IMG/VR virus record: IMGVR_UViG_3300035698_014029
Coordinates: 9,517 to 73,516 of that record
Length of the DNA stretch: 64,000 nucleotides
From: a virus
Direction: 5' to 3' (one strand)
Shown here: piece after piece, positions 10,351 through 20,654 of the stretch
Layout: each line of letters begins with the position of its first letter
Numbering within the stretch: the first letter of the stretch is position 1
The notes under the pieces: model-generated
What the model saw: only the letters and a program-made list of their open reading frames with translations
Told to the model about the DNA's origin: nothing
The model's database searches: none
Translations under genes and position numbers: made by a program

Positions 10351-10524
10351 ATGAAACAGACTAAAGAAATAACTAAGTCACTAAAATATGATTGTTTACA
10401 AATAGCAATAATATTACAATTAGGTAAATTAGATAGAGAAGTTGTAAGGGTTAAATATCCAAAAGAAGTTTTGACAGAAAAACAATGGAAAGACCTATTA
10501 AAAAAAATTGGTTATAATTTTTAA
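10351..10524 (+). CDS. Small hypothetical protein (57 aa, not in ORF track)
   Basis: ATG 10351 to TAA 10524, A-rich leader, precedes sheath gene. Confidence 0.6.
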   Translation: MKQTKEITKSLKYDCLQIAIILQLGKLDREVVRVKYPKEVLTEKQWKDLLKKIGYNF

Positions 10525-10598
10525 TTGATATAAATAAATTGTACATTTAACCAATTAAAAAACACATTTGGTACAAAGCGTTATGATATTTAAAATAA

Positions 10599-12272
10599 AT
10601 GCCAACAAAATTTCGATTTGGAAACAGAACAATAGTTCTTCCAGGATCATATTCAAGAATACTTTCAGGAAGAAATAATCCTCCACAAGACTTAGATTAT
10701 GGAAGAATTTTAATAATAGATAGTCCTAATTTAAATTCTAGTTTAACAACTAAAAATGGAATAATGGGAGGATCAGGAGTAAATGGAGCTCTTAAAACAG
10801 GTAAAGATTCAATCTATTCATTTAATAGAATTCAAGATTTTCAAGAATTTGTAGGACATGGATGGTGGTATAAAGCTGTTGAATTTCTATTTAAACCAGA
10901 TGGCACTAATTTAGGGGTAAGTAATATAGATGTTATTAAACCTGCAACAACAGTTAATTCATTGTTAACTTTTACTGCTGCTGGTGCTGCTACTGGAGGT
11001 GGGTCTTTTAAAACTAAAACTAGAGATGAAGGAGTGCAAGCTAATGGAGTTATTGATGGAGTAGGAGCAGCTAGTTTATTAACTACTGGATATGCATATA
11101 CTGTTGATTCTGGTGTTATAGATACAGCTAAATGGATATATAAAATTTGGAGAGGAACTTATAGAGGGGCTTATTCAGATACTCAACCATATAATGAAAT
11201 TTCAGAAACAGTAGCTCAAAATAGTCCTCAATTAATGGCACAATCTCCTGAATTTGATAATATTCAAGATTTAATAGATTGGGCTGATACAGATGAAATA
11301 TATAATTTATATTTTGTAAAAGATACCACAAGTGCTGGAGTAGGAGCAGGAGATGTAATTGCATCTGATGTAACTGCTGTAGTAGGATATAATGTTTCTG
11401 CTGGAGGTACTGAAGTTTATGGAACTACAGATTTAGACGATGCTTTAGAAGCTGTAGCTGATTTAGATTATAATGTTGTAATTACAACTTATGCTGATTC
11501 TACTTCACCACAAACAGATGCTAATGTTATAAAAATTAAAGCTCATCTTACAGATAGTGATACTTCTTTTACTAAATATTTAATGCTTTATGGAGATGAC
11601 AGTGTATTAGCTACTAATATAACTGCTGCTGCTGCTTTAGATACTGAAAGAGATATATTAACTCATGGAGGTATTCTTAAATTAGCATCAAAAACTGTTG
11701 CACCTACAGGATTAAGAACATGGAGTTCATTTTTCCATATGTGTTATCAATTAGGAAGAATGTTAGGATTAGAACCACAAGTTCCATTAACATTTAAAAC
11801 TCTTGATGTTCAAGGATTACAAGATAATTTAACTATTCAAGAGCAAATACGAGCTTTAGATGCTGGTTTGTTATGTACAGTCTTTGATACATTGGTTAAT
11901 GATTTCGTTGTTCTTCAAGATGTAAATACATTACAAGCAAATACTGTTACGTTGAATCCTGATGGAACAAGTCATGTAATTCAATTTAATAGAATTAAAG
12001 CTCAATTAAATAAAGAGCTTAAAATTAATGCACGTAGAGATTTATTAGGAGACCCATTAGGAGTAAATAGAAACACTCTTAGCGAACAAGCTGTTATTAG
12101 TTATGTTAAATCTTATTTAATGCGTAAGATAGCAACTACTAATGATGATAATTTAATTTTAAGTTTCCAAAATGTAAGTGTAACTAGAGATCAAGATGCT
12201 TATAGCGTAACTTATGAATTTGTTCCTAATGATGAAATTAGAATCTTATTATTTACAGGGTTCGCATTATAA
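10599..12272 (+). CDS. Tail sheath protein
   Basis: N-terminal IVLPGSYSRI; C-terminal VPLTFK, VLQDVNTL, YEFVP; followed by tube gene. Confidence 0.88.
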   Translation: MPTKFRFGNRTIVLPGSYSRILSGRNNPPQDLDYGRILIIDSPNLNSSLTTKNGIMGGSGVNGALKTGKDSIYSFNRIQDFQEFVGHGWWYKAVEFLFKPDGTNLGVSNIDVIKPATTVNSLLTFTAAGAATGGGSFKTKTRDEGVQANGVIDGVGAASLLTTGYAYTVDSGVIDTAKWIYKIWRGTYRGAYSDTQPYNEISETVAQNSPQLMAQSPEFDNIQDLIDWADTDEIYNLYFVKDTTSAGVGAGDVIASDVTAVVGYNVSAGGTEVYGTTDLDDALEAVADLDYNVVITTYADSTSPQTDANVIKIKAHLTDSDTSFTKYLMLYGDDSVLATNITAAAALDTERDILTHGGILKLASKTVAPTGLRTWSSFFHMCYQLGRMLGLEPQVPLTFKTLDVQGLQDNLTIQEQIRALDAGLLCTVFDTLVNDFVVLQDVNTLQANTVTLNPDGTSHVIQFNRIKAQLNKELKINARRDLLGDPLGVNRNTLSEQAVISYVKSYLMRKIATTNDDNLILSFQNVSVTRDQDAYSVTYEFVPNDEIRILLFTGFAL

Positions 12273-12305
12273 TATTTGATAGAAATTTTTTATAATATAA
12301 AATAA

Positions 12306-12388
12306 ATGCCAGCAAAACAAGTAACAATGACAGCTCCAAGAGCAGTTATAAGTGTAAATGGAAACCCAATTGGATTAATAAGAAATTT
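12306..12388 (+). other. N-terminal tail-tube motif region
   Basis: MTAPRAVISVNGNPIG motif of SPO1-like tube proteins. Confidence 0.4.
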
Positions 12389-12788
12389 GAGAGCAACTGA
12401 AACTATTCAGCGTGGTTCTGTTATGGGATGTGGTAGACTTACTAAAAAAGAAATGCCAGCTTTATCAATTACCTGTACATGGTCATGTGATCAATATTTG
12501 ATTGATTTAAGTAAAACAGGTATTCCGGGGTTAAATCCTAGAAATGTTAATTCTCGTGAAATATATAAAGATACATTAATATTAGCTGAAATTTCTGTAG
12601 ATATTTTAGTTTCTAAAAAAGAAGCAGTTACAACTGAAGATGGTATTGTTACAGAATCAAAAGAAGGTGATTTCTGTACTCTTACAGATGTATATTTAAA
12701 TAGTTCAAGTTGGGATGTTACTGAGAATCAAATCTCAGCACATAATCAATCAGGAGAATATTTAGAGCCAGTTATATTAGCAAAATAA
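12306..12788 (+). CDS. Tail tube protein
   Basis: 160 aa directly after sheath; V.GCGRL..KE motif. Confidence 0.8.
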   Translation: MPAKQVTMTAPRAVISVNGNPIGLIRNLRATETIQRGSVMGCGRLTKKEMPALSITCTWSCDQYLIDLSKTGIPGLNPRNVNSREIYKDTLILAEISVDILVSKKEAVTTEDGIVTESKEGDFCTLTDVYLNSSSWDVTENQISAHNQSGEYLEPVILAK

Positions 12789-12807
12789 ATTAAATAAAAA
12801 TTAGAAA

Positions 12808-13164
12808 ATGACAGATTCGATTAAATTTGAGATTAAAAGTGTACAATACACTTCTGAAAAAATTAACGTTGGAAGAGTGATGGATTTCATGAGAATGAAA
12901 ACAGCTATTTCTGGTGGAACATATGGTTTGATGTATAGAGAAGCTTTAAAAGCGCATGATGCAGCTTTAATAATGATAGATTGTGAAGCTTTCTTTACTT
13001 CTTTTTGTCCTAAATTTGTAGAAAATTTAAAACCTTCCTCATTCCGAGATTTAGGTCTTAATGATTTTAAGGAAATAAAGGATGTTTATATAAAAACAAT
13101 CAAACCTTGGATAGATGATTTGGAAAAAACTTTGGGAGACACTAACGAGGAAGAAAGTAAGTAA
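12808..13164 (+). CDS. Putative tail assembly chaperone
   Basis: Between tube and tape measure genes. Confidence 0.55.
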   Translation: MTDSIKFEIKSVQYTSEKINVGRVMDFMRMKTAISGGTYGLMYREALKAHDAALIMIDCEAFFTSFCPKFVENLKPSSFRDLGLNDFKEIKDVYIKTIKPWIDDLEKTLGDTNEEESK

Positions 13165-13492
13165 CTATAATCCTATTATCCTAAATGAAATAGACAAGAA
13201 TTATCCAAAAGACTTTATTTACGAATGGAATCATAAATTCCCTATTGATAGATGGTGGAGGCAAAAACATAAAGTTGCGTTTAATTCTTCTATTCATAGG
13301 GAAATTTCTTTTATAGATATGCGTATGGAATGGGAAGAAGATATTTTATTTAATAAGATATCTAAAGATTTTGAATACATTCCTAATATAGGTGATTTTA
13401 TGAAAGAGAATACTGATATTAGAACTGAAGAAGAAAGAGATATTGATTTCCAAAATGAATTCAATAATACATTTAAAAAAAATTCGGATTAA
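13115..13492 (+). CDS. Putative second tail assembly chaperone
   Basis: Overlaps previous gene in +1 frame; WNHKFPIDRWWR motif. Confidence 0.5.
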   Translation: MIWKKLWETLTRKKVSNYNPIILNEIDKNYPKDFIYEWNHKFPIDRWWRQKHKVAFNSSIHREISFIDMRMEWEEDILFNKISKDFEYIPNIGDFMKENTDIRTEEERDIDFQNEFNNTFKKNSD

Positions 13493-13512
13493 CTTAATAA
13501 CGATGAATAATT

Positions 13513-15408
13513 GTGGCTGATGAAAAAAGGATAGGGGTAAGTATTGACACTTCCGGTTACGATGAAGGATTTAATAGAATTCAACGTAGAGCTGATGAGT
13601 TAGCTACGGATATGATTCGTAATTCTCGTGAAATGGGTCAATCTTCTAAAGACATAATTAAAGATTTAGAAGAACAAATTCGAATTATAGAAAGAAGAAA
13701 TAAATTAGCTTCTCAGTATAAACAAGAACAATTAGAAGTAGGTAGATTACGTGGAGATGTATCTCAAGAAAAATTTCAAACAGGTCAAAGACAAATAAAA
13801 ATTGAGACTTCAGAAGAGAAAATGCATACTTCTCTTTTGAAAGAAATAGCTGATAATATAAAATCAGGAGATAAAGACAGATTAAGAGAATCTAGAAGTA
13901 GTTCTGAGAGACTTTATGAAGGTATAAAATCTGATGAATTAAAAGAAGCTGGGCTAGAAGAGGGAGATGCAGGAGAACCGGGAGTTAATAGACCTACTAA
14001 AGGTAAAAGAGCAGGTGGAGGAGTATATGGTGTTGGTTATACTAATAAAATAGTAGGAGCTGGTAACATTTATGAAACAGGAGCAGGAGTATTGGCAGAG
14101 GGTACTCGTAGAGGGATGGGTTTAGCTGGAATGGGTTTAGTTGGAACATTAAGTGCTTTAGGTGTTGGAAAAGCTATTCAAGCTGCTTTTCCTTATGAAA
14201 AAGCTTTAGGAGAAAGTGCAGCTATATCAGGAGGAAGTTATTCTAATTATCAAGGATTTTTAAGAGATCAAGGTGAGCGAATGGGTTTTGGAATGGAAGA
14301 AACTCTAGGAAGAAGAGGTGATATAGCTAGAGCAAGAATGTCTAGTAAAGAAGTAGCAAGTAAAACATTAGAATCTTTACAATTAGAAAGATTAAATTTT
14401 GATCCATCTTTATTAATAGGAATGGAAACACTTACTCGAAGTGGTGGACAAGGAGCAATGGAAAGTACTCAACAAATGTATGCTGCTTTAAAATCTACAG
14501 GAGTAATAAAAGGAGAAGGTATAGAAGCTATGCCTGAATATTTACAAACATTAGTTTCAATAAGTCAAGATCAACTTAAAACTTTAGGACATGTAAGTGA
14601 TGGTAATATTCAAATGATTGCTGGGATTTCTAATTTAGATGAATCTTTTAAAAATCCAGTTGTTTTACAACAAGTAATGGGTCAAATTTATCAAGGACTA
14701 ACTACTGCACAAACACCTCAACAAGAGGCATTACAAATGAACGTATTAAGTAAAATACGTCCGGGACAATCATTATTTGATTATCAAGTAATGAGAGAAA
14801 ATCCTTTTGCAAAAGAAAATCGTCAATATCTTCCTATGATAATGCAAACATTGGAAGATATGAGTATGGGAAATGAATCTCTTTTTGGAAGTCAAATAAG
14901 GGGATATTTTGGAGGATCAGCGACAATAGCAAAAAAGATGAGAGGTGGTTGGGAAAAAGGAACTTTAGTATCAGATATAGAGGCAGAATATGGAGAAGGA
15001 AAAGATTCTTTAGGTATAAAAGAACGAGTTGAAGGTGCAACTCCTAAATTATTAAAATCTATGAAAGAATTTAATAATTTCTTTGCAGTAGGAGGAGAAA
15101 AATTAATATCTGAAATGACAGATATTACAACTGGTTTTATAGATACAGTTGTAGCTATAAAGAGCTATATAGAAACAATGAAAGAGTTAAATGAATTAGA
15201 AAAAACAAATTATAAATTAGCTAAAGAAAAACAAGAAATACTTATTGCGGAAATTGATGCAAATGTAAGTCCTTATGATGCAGCTATGGCTAGAGCATAT
15301 TTAAATTTTGGAGATACTACACCAGAACAAAAACTTGTTAGAGAACTTGCTAAAGATGCAGCTAAACAATTTGTAGAAGAATTAAAGAAAATGTTACCGT
15401 TTAATTAA
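13513..15408 (+). CDS. Tape measure protein
   Basis: Helical, G/A/M-rich with hydrophobic stretch; canonical position; GTG start. Confidence 0.7.
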   Translation: MADEKRIGVSIDTSGYDEGFNRIQRRADELATDMIRNSREMGQSSKDIIKDLEEQIRIIERRNKLASQYKQEQLEVGRLRGDVSQEKFQTGQRQIKIETSEEKMHTSLLKEIADNIKSGDKDRLRESRSSSERLYEGIKSDELKEAGLEEGDAGEPGVNRPTKGKRAGGGVYGVGYTNKIVGAGNIYETGAGVLAEGTRRGMGLAGMGLVGTLSALGVGKAIQAAFPYEKALGESAAISGGSYSNYQGFLRDQGERMGFGMEETLGRRGDIARARMSSKEVASKTLESLQLERLNFDPSLLIGMETLTRSGGQGAMESTQQMYAALKSTGVIKGEGIEAMPEYLQTLVSISQDQLKTLGHVSDGNIQMIAGISNLDESFKNPVVLQQVMGQIYQGLTTAQTPQQEALQMNVLSKIRPGQSLFDYQVMRENPFAKENRQYLPMIMQTLEDMSMGNESLFGSQIRGYFGGSATIAKKMRGGWEKGTLVSDIEAEYGEGKDSLGIKERVEGATPKLLKSMKEFNNFFAVGGEKLISEMTDITTGFIDTVVAIKSYIETMKELNELEKTNYKLAKEKQEILIAEIDANVSPYDAAMARAYLNFGDTTPEQKLVRELAKDAAKQFVEELKKMLPFN

Positions 15409-15417
15409 AATTAGAAA

Positions 15418-17565
15418 ATGGCATTAGATTATAAAATATATCCCTTCTGTGATAGTTCAATTACAACTGTTGATGAGTTTTTAAATGCTTCTAATTCTAT
15501 AATGAGGTTTTTTATAGGAAAGGAAAGAGATTTTTTAGATTTTCAAGATGAGAATGGTGTATTTAATTCTGAACAAATATGGGGAGCTTATGATGATGAT
15601 CAACGAGAAGAATATCCTGATTTTACAACTATAGATAAAGATTCTCCATTAAATGTAGGAACTGTTTTATATCTTCCTAAAGATTATATGAATAACGAAT
15701 TAACAGAGTTAATAGGGGCTGGTCACTTCTATAAAAAACAGAATTATAATGCGTTTTTAGGCGATAAATTACAAAAGCTACTTACTGATCCAGATTATGT
15801 AAAATCTTCAAGGATTGAGTCTATTTCGGGTAAATCTGATGTAAATTATGTACAGTTGTTTTCTCAAGTATGGATTTATATAAGAGCTTTAAATAGAATT
15901 ATAGATATAACTCCTTTTATAAATGATTTAAATACTACCGTATCTAAAGGAGGAGGAGGTTTTTCTTTTTCTTTATCTCCAATAAATGATTTAACTACTT
16001 TATTATATACCAGTACAACAGTAATAAATTATTTACAAATAGAAAAAGATAATTTTGTTCAACCATTTTTTCATAAATATATTCAACAAAATGATATTGT
16101 TTTTATAAGTTTTGAAGAATTAGAATTTGAAAAAGAAGGAAGAATTTTAAAAGATATAGAAAATTTAGATATAAGTGAAACAAAACTTCCTAGTCAAAAT
16201 TTTGATATGATAGGGTTAGTAGATGAAAATGGATTATCATATAGTTCAATTTCAAATGAACCTGAAATAAATATATCAGGTAGAGATTTTACTAAATTAT
16301 TAACTGAAGATGGAAGTTATTTTTATCCATATGCTTTAGTAAAAGGGAGTGCAGATTTTTTTGTAAATAGCAAACAAGACAGTAGATTTGAAAATAGAAT
16401 TTTTGTAAATGGTGAACTTGCAATATTATTTGCTTATTCATTAAGGTCTATTAGAGATACATTAGGTTTTATATTTAATCAATTAACCAATGTAGGAGTA
16501 TTACCAGATAATGTTGATTTATTTAGTAATTATGGAAAAGAAAAAACTAAAAAGAAAAAAATAAATGGAGGAAATAAAAACTATTTAAAATCAGTAGAAG
16601 TAAAAGGTGTATGGGAAATAGTTGATTTTGTCGTAGATGAAGCTGTAGATGATAGAACAGTAGCTAATTCGGGAATAACTAAACCAGATGGAACATTACT
16701 TGAACAAGTAAATAAAATATGTCAAGATCCATTTGTAGAATTTTTTGGAGATACATATGGAAATAAATATACTTTTATAGCAAGACAACCTATTTTTACT
16801 AGAAGTCAAATAACTGATTTTATAAAAAATACTAATTTAATAAGAATTACAGCTCAAGATGTAGGACAAATTAATTTGAATTGGGAAACAGAATATTATT
16901 CTATGTATCAAATTCAACCACAAAATTCGTTTTTAGGTAAGAGTGATTTTATAGCTTTGGCGCATATTCCTGTTGTATATTTTCCAGAATATGTAAATTC
17001 TTTTGGAAATCATAGAAAAATAGTTCCATGTAATTATATATCGTATCAAGCATTAAATGGAGAAAAAGGGAGAACTAATACAGATTTATTTAGATCTGCT
17101 ATTGTAAATGATTTTGCTTATATAATAGAAACTAATATGTATTTACCATTTACAAGAAGAGGTTCTATAACAATTGAGGGAGGAGATAGAAGAATAAAAA
17201 GAGGAACATGGGTATTATTTGAACCTACAGATGAATTATTTTACGTTGACAGTGTTAATAATACCATGAATACATCTATGACTGATTTACAAAGACAAAC
17301 AAGGTTAAATGTAAGTAGAGGAATGAAAATGGATTATATTAACCCTAAACCAAAAGAGACAGATAATCCAGAGAATAGGTGGCTTAAAGCAGGAGAAAAA
17401 GAAATTGCTACTAAACCTAGTTATTTTGATATTATAAATACAGATATAATTTCTAAAACTTTAAAAAATGCATTTTCTGGAAAACAAATTAATAAAGATC
17501 AAACAGAATTAATATTAGATGAAGATATTTTTAATTTCTTTTTACAAAGAAAACAAATGGGATAA
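15418..17565 (+). CDS. Baseplate hub protein
   Basis: ISGRDFTKLL, PFVEFFGD, RGSITIEG.DRRIKRG, FYVDSV motifs; follows tape measure. Confidence 0.7.
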   Translation: MALDYKIYPFCDSSITTVDEFLNASNSIMRFFIGKERDFLDFQDENGVFNSEQIWGAYDDDQREEYPDFTTIDKDSPLNVGTVLYLPKDYMNNELTELIGAGHFYKKQNYNAFLGDKLQKLLTDPDYVKSSRIESISGKSDVNYVQLFSQVWIYIRALNRIIDITPFINDLNTTVSKGGGGFSFSLSPINDLTTLLYTSTTVINYLQIEKDNFVQPFFHKYIQQNDIVFISFEELEFEKEGRILKDIENLDISETKLPSQNFDMIGLVDENGLSYSSISNEPEINISGRDFTKLLTEDGSYFYPYALVKGSADFFVNSKQDSRFENRIFVNGELAILFAYSLRSIRDTLGFIFNQLTNVGVLPDNVDLFSNYGKEKTKKKKINGGNKNYLKSVEVKGVWEIVDFVVDEAVDDRTVANSGITKPDGTLLEQVNKICQDPFVEFFGDTYGNKYTFIARQPIFTRSQITDFIKNTNLIRITAQDVGQINLNWETEYYSMYQIQPQNSFLGKSDFIALAHIPVVYFPEYVNSFGNHRKIVPCNYISYQALNGEKGRTNTDLFRSAIVNDFAYIIETNMYLPFTRRGSITIEGGDRRIKRGTWVLFEPTDELFYVDSVNNTMNTSMTDLQRQTRLNVSRGMKMDYINPKPKETDNPENRWLKAGEKEIATKPSYFDIINTDIISKTLKNAFSGKQINKDQTELILDEDIFNFFLQRKQMG

Positions 17566-17569
17566 AATT

Positions 17570-17601
17570 TTTGGAGATAAGATATAATTTATATACTTTT
17601 G
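17570..17601 (+). promoter_or_regulatory. Bacteroidota-type sigma70 promoter
   Basis: TTTG-N20-TACTTTTG. Confidence 0.7.
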
Positions 17602-17639
17602 AATAATAAATAAAATTAATAATTATAAAAAGAAATATA

Positions 17640-17978
17640 ATGAAATATACAGTAGACTATAAACAAAGTAATAAAGTTGAAAATTATTCTTTATGTGATG
17701 GCATTATATATGATTGTTTATTAGATCAAACTCCATTCGGTGAAATGGTTTATATTATTCCATTTTTAATTGATGAAAATAAAAATTTTATAAATACTGA
17801 TATTATAAAATTTAATACTGCTATTATTTGTTTTAATATAAAAAAGGGGTTTATTATTGAAACGATAGATGATATATATAATATTTATGATAATAATAAC
17901 AATATCATAGCGAAAAATCTTATTTATAAAAGAACATTTCCACTTATAGATATTAATGGTAAAATATTAGAAAAGTAA
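17640..17978 (+). CDS. Hypothetical protein (accessory island)
   Basis: ORF directly after promoter. Confidence 0.6.
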   Translation: MKYTVDYKQSNKVENYSLCDGIIYDCLLDQTPFGEMVYIIPFLIDENKNFINTDIIKFNTAIICFNIKKGFIIETIDDIYNIYDNNNNIIAKNLIYKRTFPLIDINGKILEK

Positions 17979-17986
17979 TAAATAAA

Positions 17987-18370
17987 ATGGATATTTCAAA
18001 AGATTATATAGAAATGTGCTCAAAAGCACAAGAAATACAGGGGTTAAAAAATAAATACATAAATAAAGACAATAAAGACTTTTTTTATGTTATAGATAAA
18101 GATGGAATATATACTCCATGTATTAAAAGTAAGTTTATATATGTTTCATATGGTAAAATAGTTTGGCTTCCAAGACAGGATCAATTACAAGAGATAACAG
18201 AACTTACTCCTTTAGGGTGTGTAAGATTATTGCGCCATACAGTAGAAGAAGTAAGAGAAGGAGAATATGATAAATTCATATCTATGGAGCGAATATGGTT
18301 AGCGATAGTTATGGATTGTATATATGATAAAAAATGGAATCCAGAAATTAAAGAGTGGGAGAAAGAGTAA
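17987..18370 (+). CDS. Paralog family A (MDISKDYIEMC...WLPRQDQL), copy 1
   Basis: Shares three conserved blocks with 19166, 43870 and 44298. Confidence 0.8.
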   Translation: MDISKDYIEMCSKAQEIQGLKNKYINKDNKDFFYVIDKDGIYTPCIKSKFIYVSYGKIVWLPRQDQLQEITELTPLGCVRLLRHTVEEVREGEYDKFISMERIWLAIVMDCIYDKKWNPEIKEWEKE

Positions 18371-18819
18371 TGAAAATAACAAATGTAACAATAGTAGGTG
18401 ATTTATTACCTGAAGGAATGGAACTTAGTTCTTCTAAAGATATTCAAAATAACGAAGAGATTATAGGATATATAAAAATACCTTATCAAAAGAAAATTAA
18501 AAAAGATTTTAAGTGGAACGTAAAGGGATATTTTAATAAAAATACTGATATATTTAAAACTGATTATAAAGAATTAATTATAGATAATATAATGAGTGAA
18601 ACAAATTTTCTTTATCAAAAATGGGAGATTATTCCTTTTGGAATTAGAGTGGGTATTTTGAAATTTATTTGTGATGATATTAAATATAGTTGGATAGATT
18701 CTTTATATCATATAAGACAAGATGATTTGTTAACACATATAAGTATTGAGTTATTAATATCAGGACTTTGTCCTAAATCATTTATAAAATCATTTAATAA
18801 TGACTTTAAATATCATTAA
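18370..18819 (+). CDS. Paralog family B (MKIT...GDL.PE...LKFICD), copy 1
   Basis: Homologous to 46899-47327; TAATG coupling at 18370. Confidence 0.7.
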   Translation: MKITNVTIVGDLLPEGMELSSSKDIQNNEEIIGYIKIPYQKKIKKDFKWNVKGYFNKNTDIFKTDYKELIIDNIMSETNFLYQKWEIIPFGIRVGILKFICDDIKYSWIDSLYHIRQDDLLTHISIELLISGLCPKSFIKSFNNDFKYH

Positions 18820-18920
18820 ATAAACTTTGGGATTTTAAAAATAAAGAATATTGGATATGTAAGGACTGTAATGAAAAATTTAATTTTAAACCAATTTAAA
18901 AATAAGACATATTATTAATA

Positions 18921-19148
18921 ATGGACAATATGAAAAAAAATAAATTTGATAAAATTTTAAAATTAGTACCAAAAGAATATAAATATTGGATAAATTTAGA
19001 AGATCAAGAAAAATATATAAAAGCAATAAAAAAGATATTTAAAAATAAAAATGATAGAATGATTTTGGATAAATATAAGTATATAGGATTTCCACCTATT
19101 TGTCCAAATTACAAAGAAATAGCGAAAGATTATGAATTAAATATATAA
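18921..19148 (+). CDS. Hypothetical protein, possibly truncated HTH (YKEIAKDYEL)
   Basis: ORF only. Confidence 0.45.
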   Translation: MDNMKKNKFDKILKLVPKEYKYWINLEDQEKYIKAIKKIFKNKNDRMILDKYKYIGFPPICPNYKEIAKDYELNI

Positions 19149-19165
19149 AAAATTGGATAAATAAA

Positions 19166-19615
19166 ATGGACGTTTCGAAAGAATACATAGAAATGTGCTC
19201 AAAAGCACAAGAAGTACAAGAATATAAAAAAGGTTTATTTTGTGAATTATGTTTAGATATTAAACTTTGTGGAAATTTTTTTTGGGATAGGTATTGGGAA
19301 GAAATAATGATGTCAAATTGTGGTTTTTGTAAAAATAATTTAACCTTTACAAGATTTGATAACTTTCATAAAGATATTAAAATTACCAATCCTATAGATG
19401 TTTTAATTTGGCTTCCAAGAATAGATCAATTAAAAGAAATTTATGGAGAAAATTTTGGAGGAATTCTTAGTAAATTATTATCTCCTATTCAAGATGACTA
19501 TGCTTCTTATTATTCAAAATTTGGGTGGAATAATTTTGAACAAATGTTATTAGCTTTTATTATGAAGGAAAAGCATAATAAACAATGGAATAGGGAAACA
19601 AGAGAATGGGAATAG
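19166..19615 (+). CDS. Paralog family A, copy 2
   Basis: MDVSKEYIEMCSKAQE, WLPRIDQL, LAFIMKEKHNKQWN. Confidence 0.8.
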   Translation: MDVSKEYIEMCSKAQEVQEYKKGLFCELCLDIKLCGNFFWDRYWEEIMMSNCGFCKNNLTFTRFDNFHKDIKITNPIDVLIWLPRIDQLKEIYGENFGGILSKLLSPIQDDYASYYSKFGWNNFEQMLLAFIMKEKHNKQWNRETREWE

Positions 19616-19643
19616 TTTAATAAAGGAGATATAAAAATTAATT

Positions 19644-20621
19644 ATGTCAAAAGGAAGAGGAATAGCAAAAGATCCCCCTTATAATAGCAGGATTGCTATG
19701 AATACAGGATATATAATCATACCATCTAATGTGGACAGAGATGATTATGTTGAAAATTGTTTTCGAAGAGAGAAAGTAAGTATTCTTGTTGAAGATGGAG
19801 GAGGAGTTGTAAATGATTGTTATATAACAAGACAAGTATTAAATGATATTGAATTCCCATCTAAGTCTGTTGCAGATAAACTTAATGAAACAGCAACAGA
19901 AACAGATTCATTTTTAGGGAGTGCGGTATGTTTTATAAGTGAACCATATCATGATCAACCTATTATATTTGGAACGGTATCTAAAATAGATGAAAGTGGA
20001 TTATTAACAGAAGGACGATTTAAATTATTTAAGTTTAAAGATGGTAAATTTGTAAGTGTACAAGGAGATGCTAAATCAGGAACGATAAGTATAGATGTTT
20101 CGGGTGGAGATGATGATGGTAGTTTAAACATTAATGTTCGAAACAATAATGAAACTGCTAAATTAAATGTTAATGTTAGAGGAGATTTTAATACATTTGT
20201 AAAAGGAAATGAAGTTAAAAAGGTTCAAGGAAATGTTACTAATACTATAATTAAAAATAAAACTCAAACTATTAATGGTAATGAAATCCAAAATATAGAA
20301 GGTAATAAAGATATAAATGTAAAAGGAGATATTAATCAAAAGCCAGAAGGTGTATTTAATATTGGAGAAGGAAAAGAACCGATATTATTAGGAGATTCTA
20401 CAGAAGAAGTTTTAACAGATGTACAAAGTGTTTTAAATAGTATAAATACTGATTTAATTACTTTTACAGCAACTCAAGTAATTGCATCTGTAGGAGTATT
20501 AGCTCCGTTGGCAGCTGGATTTACCACTTTAGGTGTAAATTTAGGAACATTAACAACAACTATAGCAGGATTAATAACTAAAATTGGTCAGATTAAATCA
20601 ACAAAATCGTTCACAGATTAA
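19644..20621 (+). CDS. Baseplate central spike (gp5/gpV-like)
   Basis: OB-like N-terminus and beta-helix repeats VKGNE, VQGNV, INGNE, IEGNK, VKGDI. Confidence 0.75.
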   Translation: MSKGRGIAKDPPYNSRIAMNTGYIIIPSNVDRDDYVENCFRREKVSILVEDGGGVVNDCYITRQVLNDIEFPSKSVADKLNETATETDSFLGSAVCFISEPYHDQPIIFGTVSKIDESGLLTEGRFKLFKFKDGKFVSVQGDAKSGTISIDVSGGDDDGSLNINVRNNNETAKLNVNVRGDFNTFVKGNEVKKVQGNVTNTIIKNKTQTINGNEIQNIEGNKDINVKGDINQKPEGVFNIGEGKEPILLGDSTEEVLTDVQSVLNSINTDLITFTATQVIASVGVLAPLAAGFTTLGVNLGTLTTTIAGLITKIGQIKSTKSFTD

Positions 20622-20654
20622 AATAAAATCGTTATATTTATAAAAAAATAGGAA

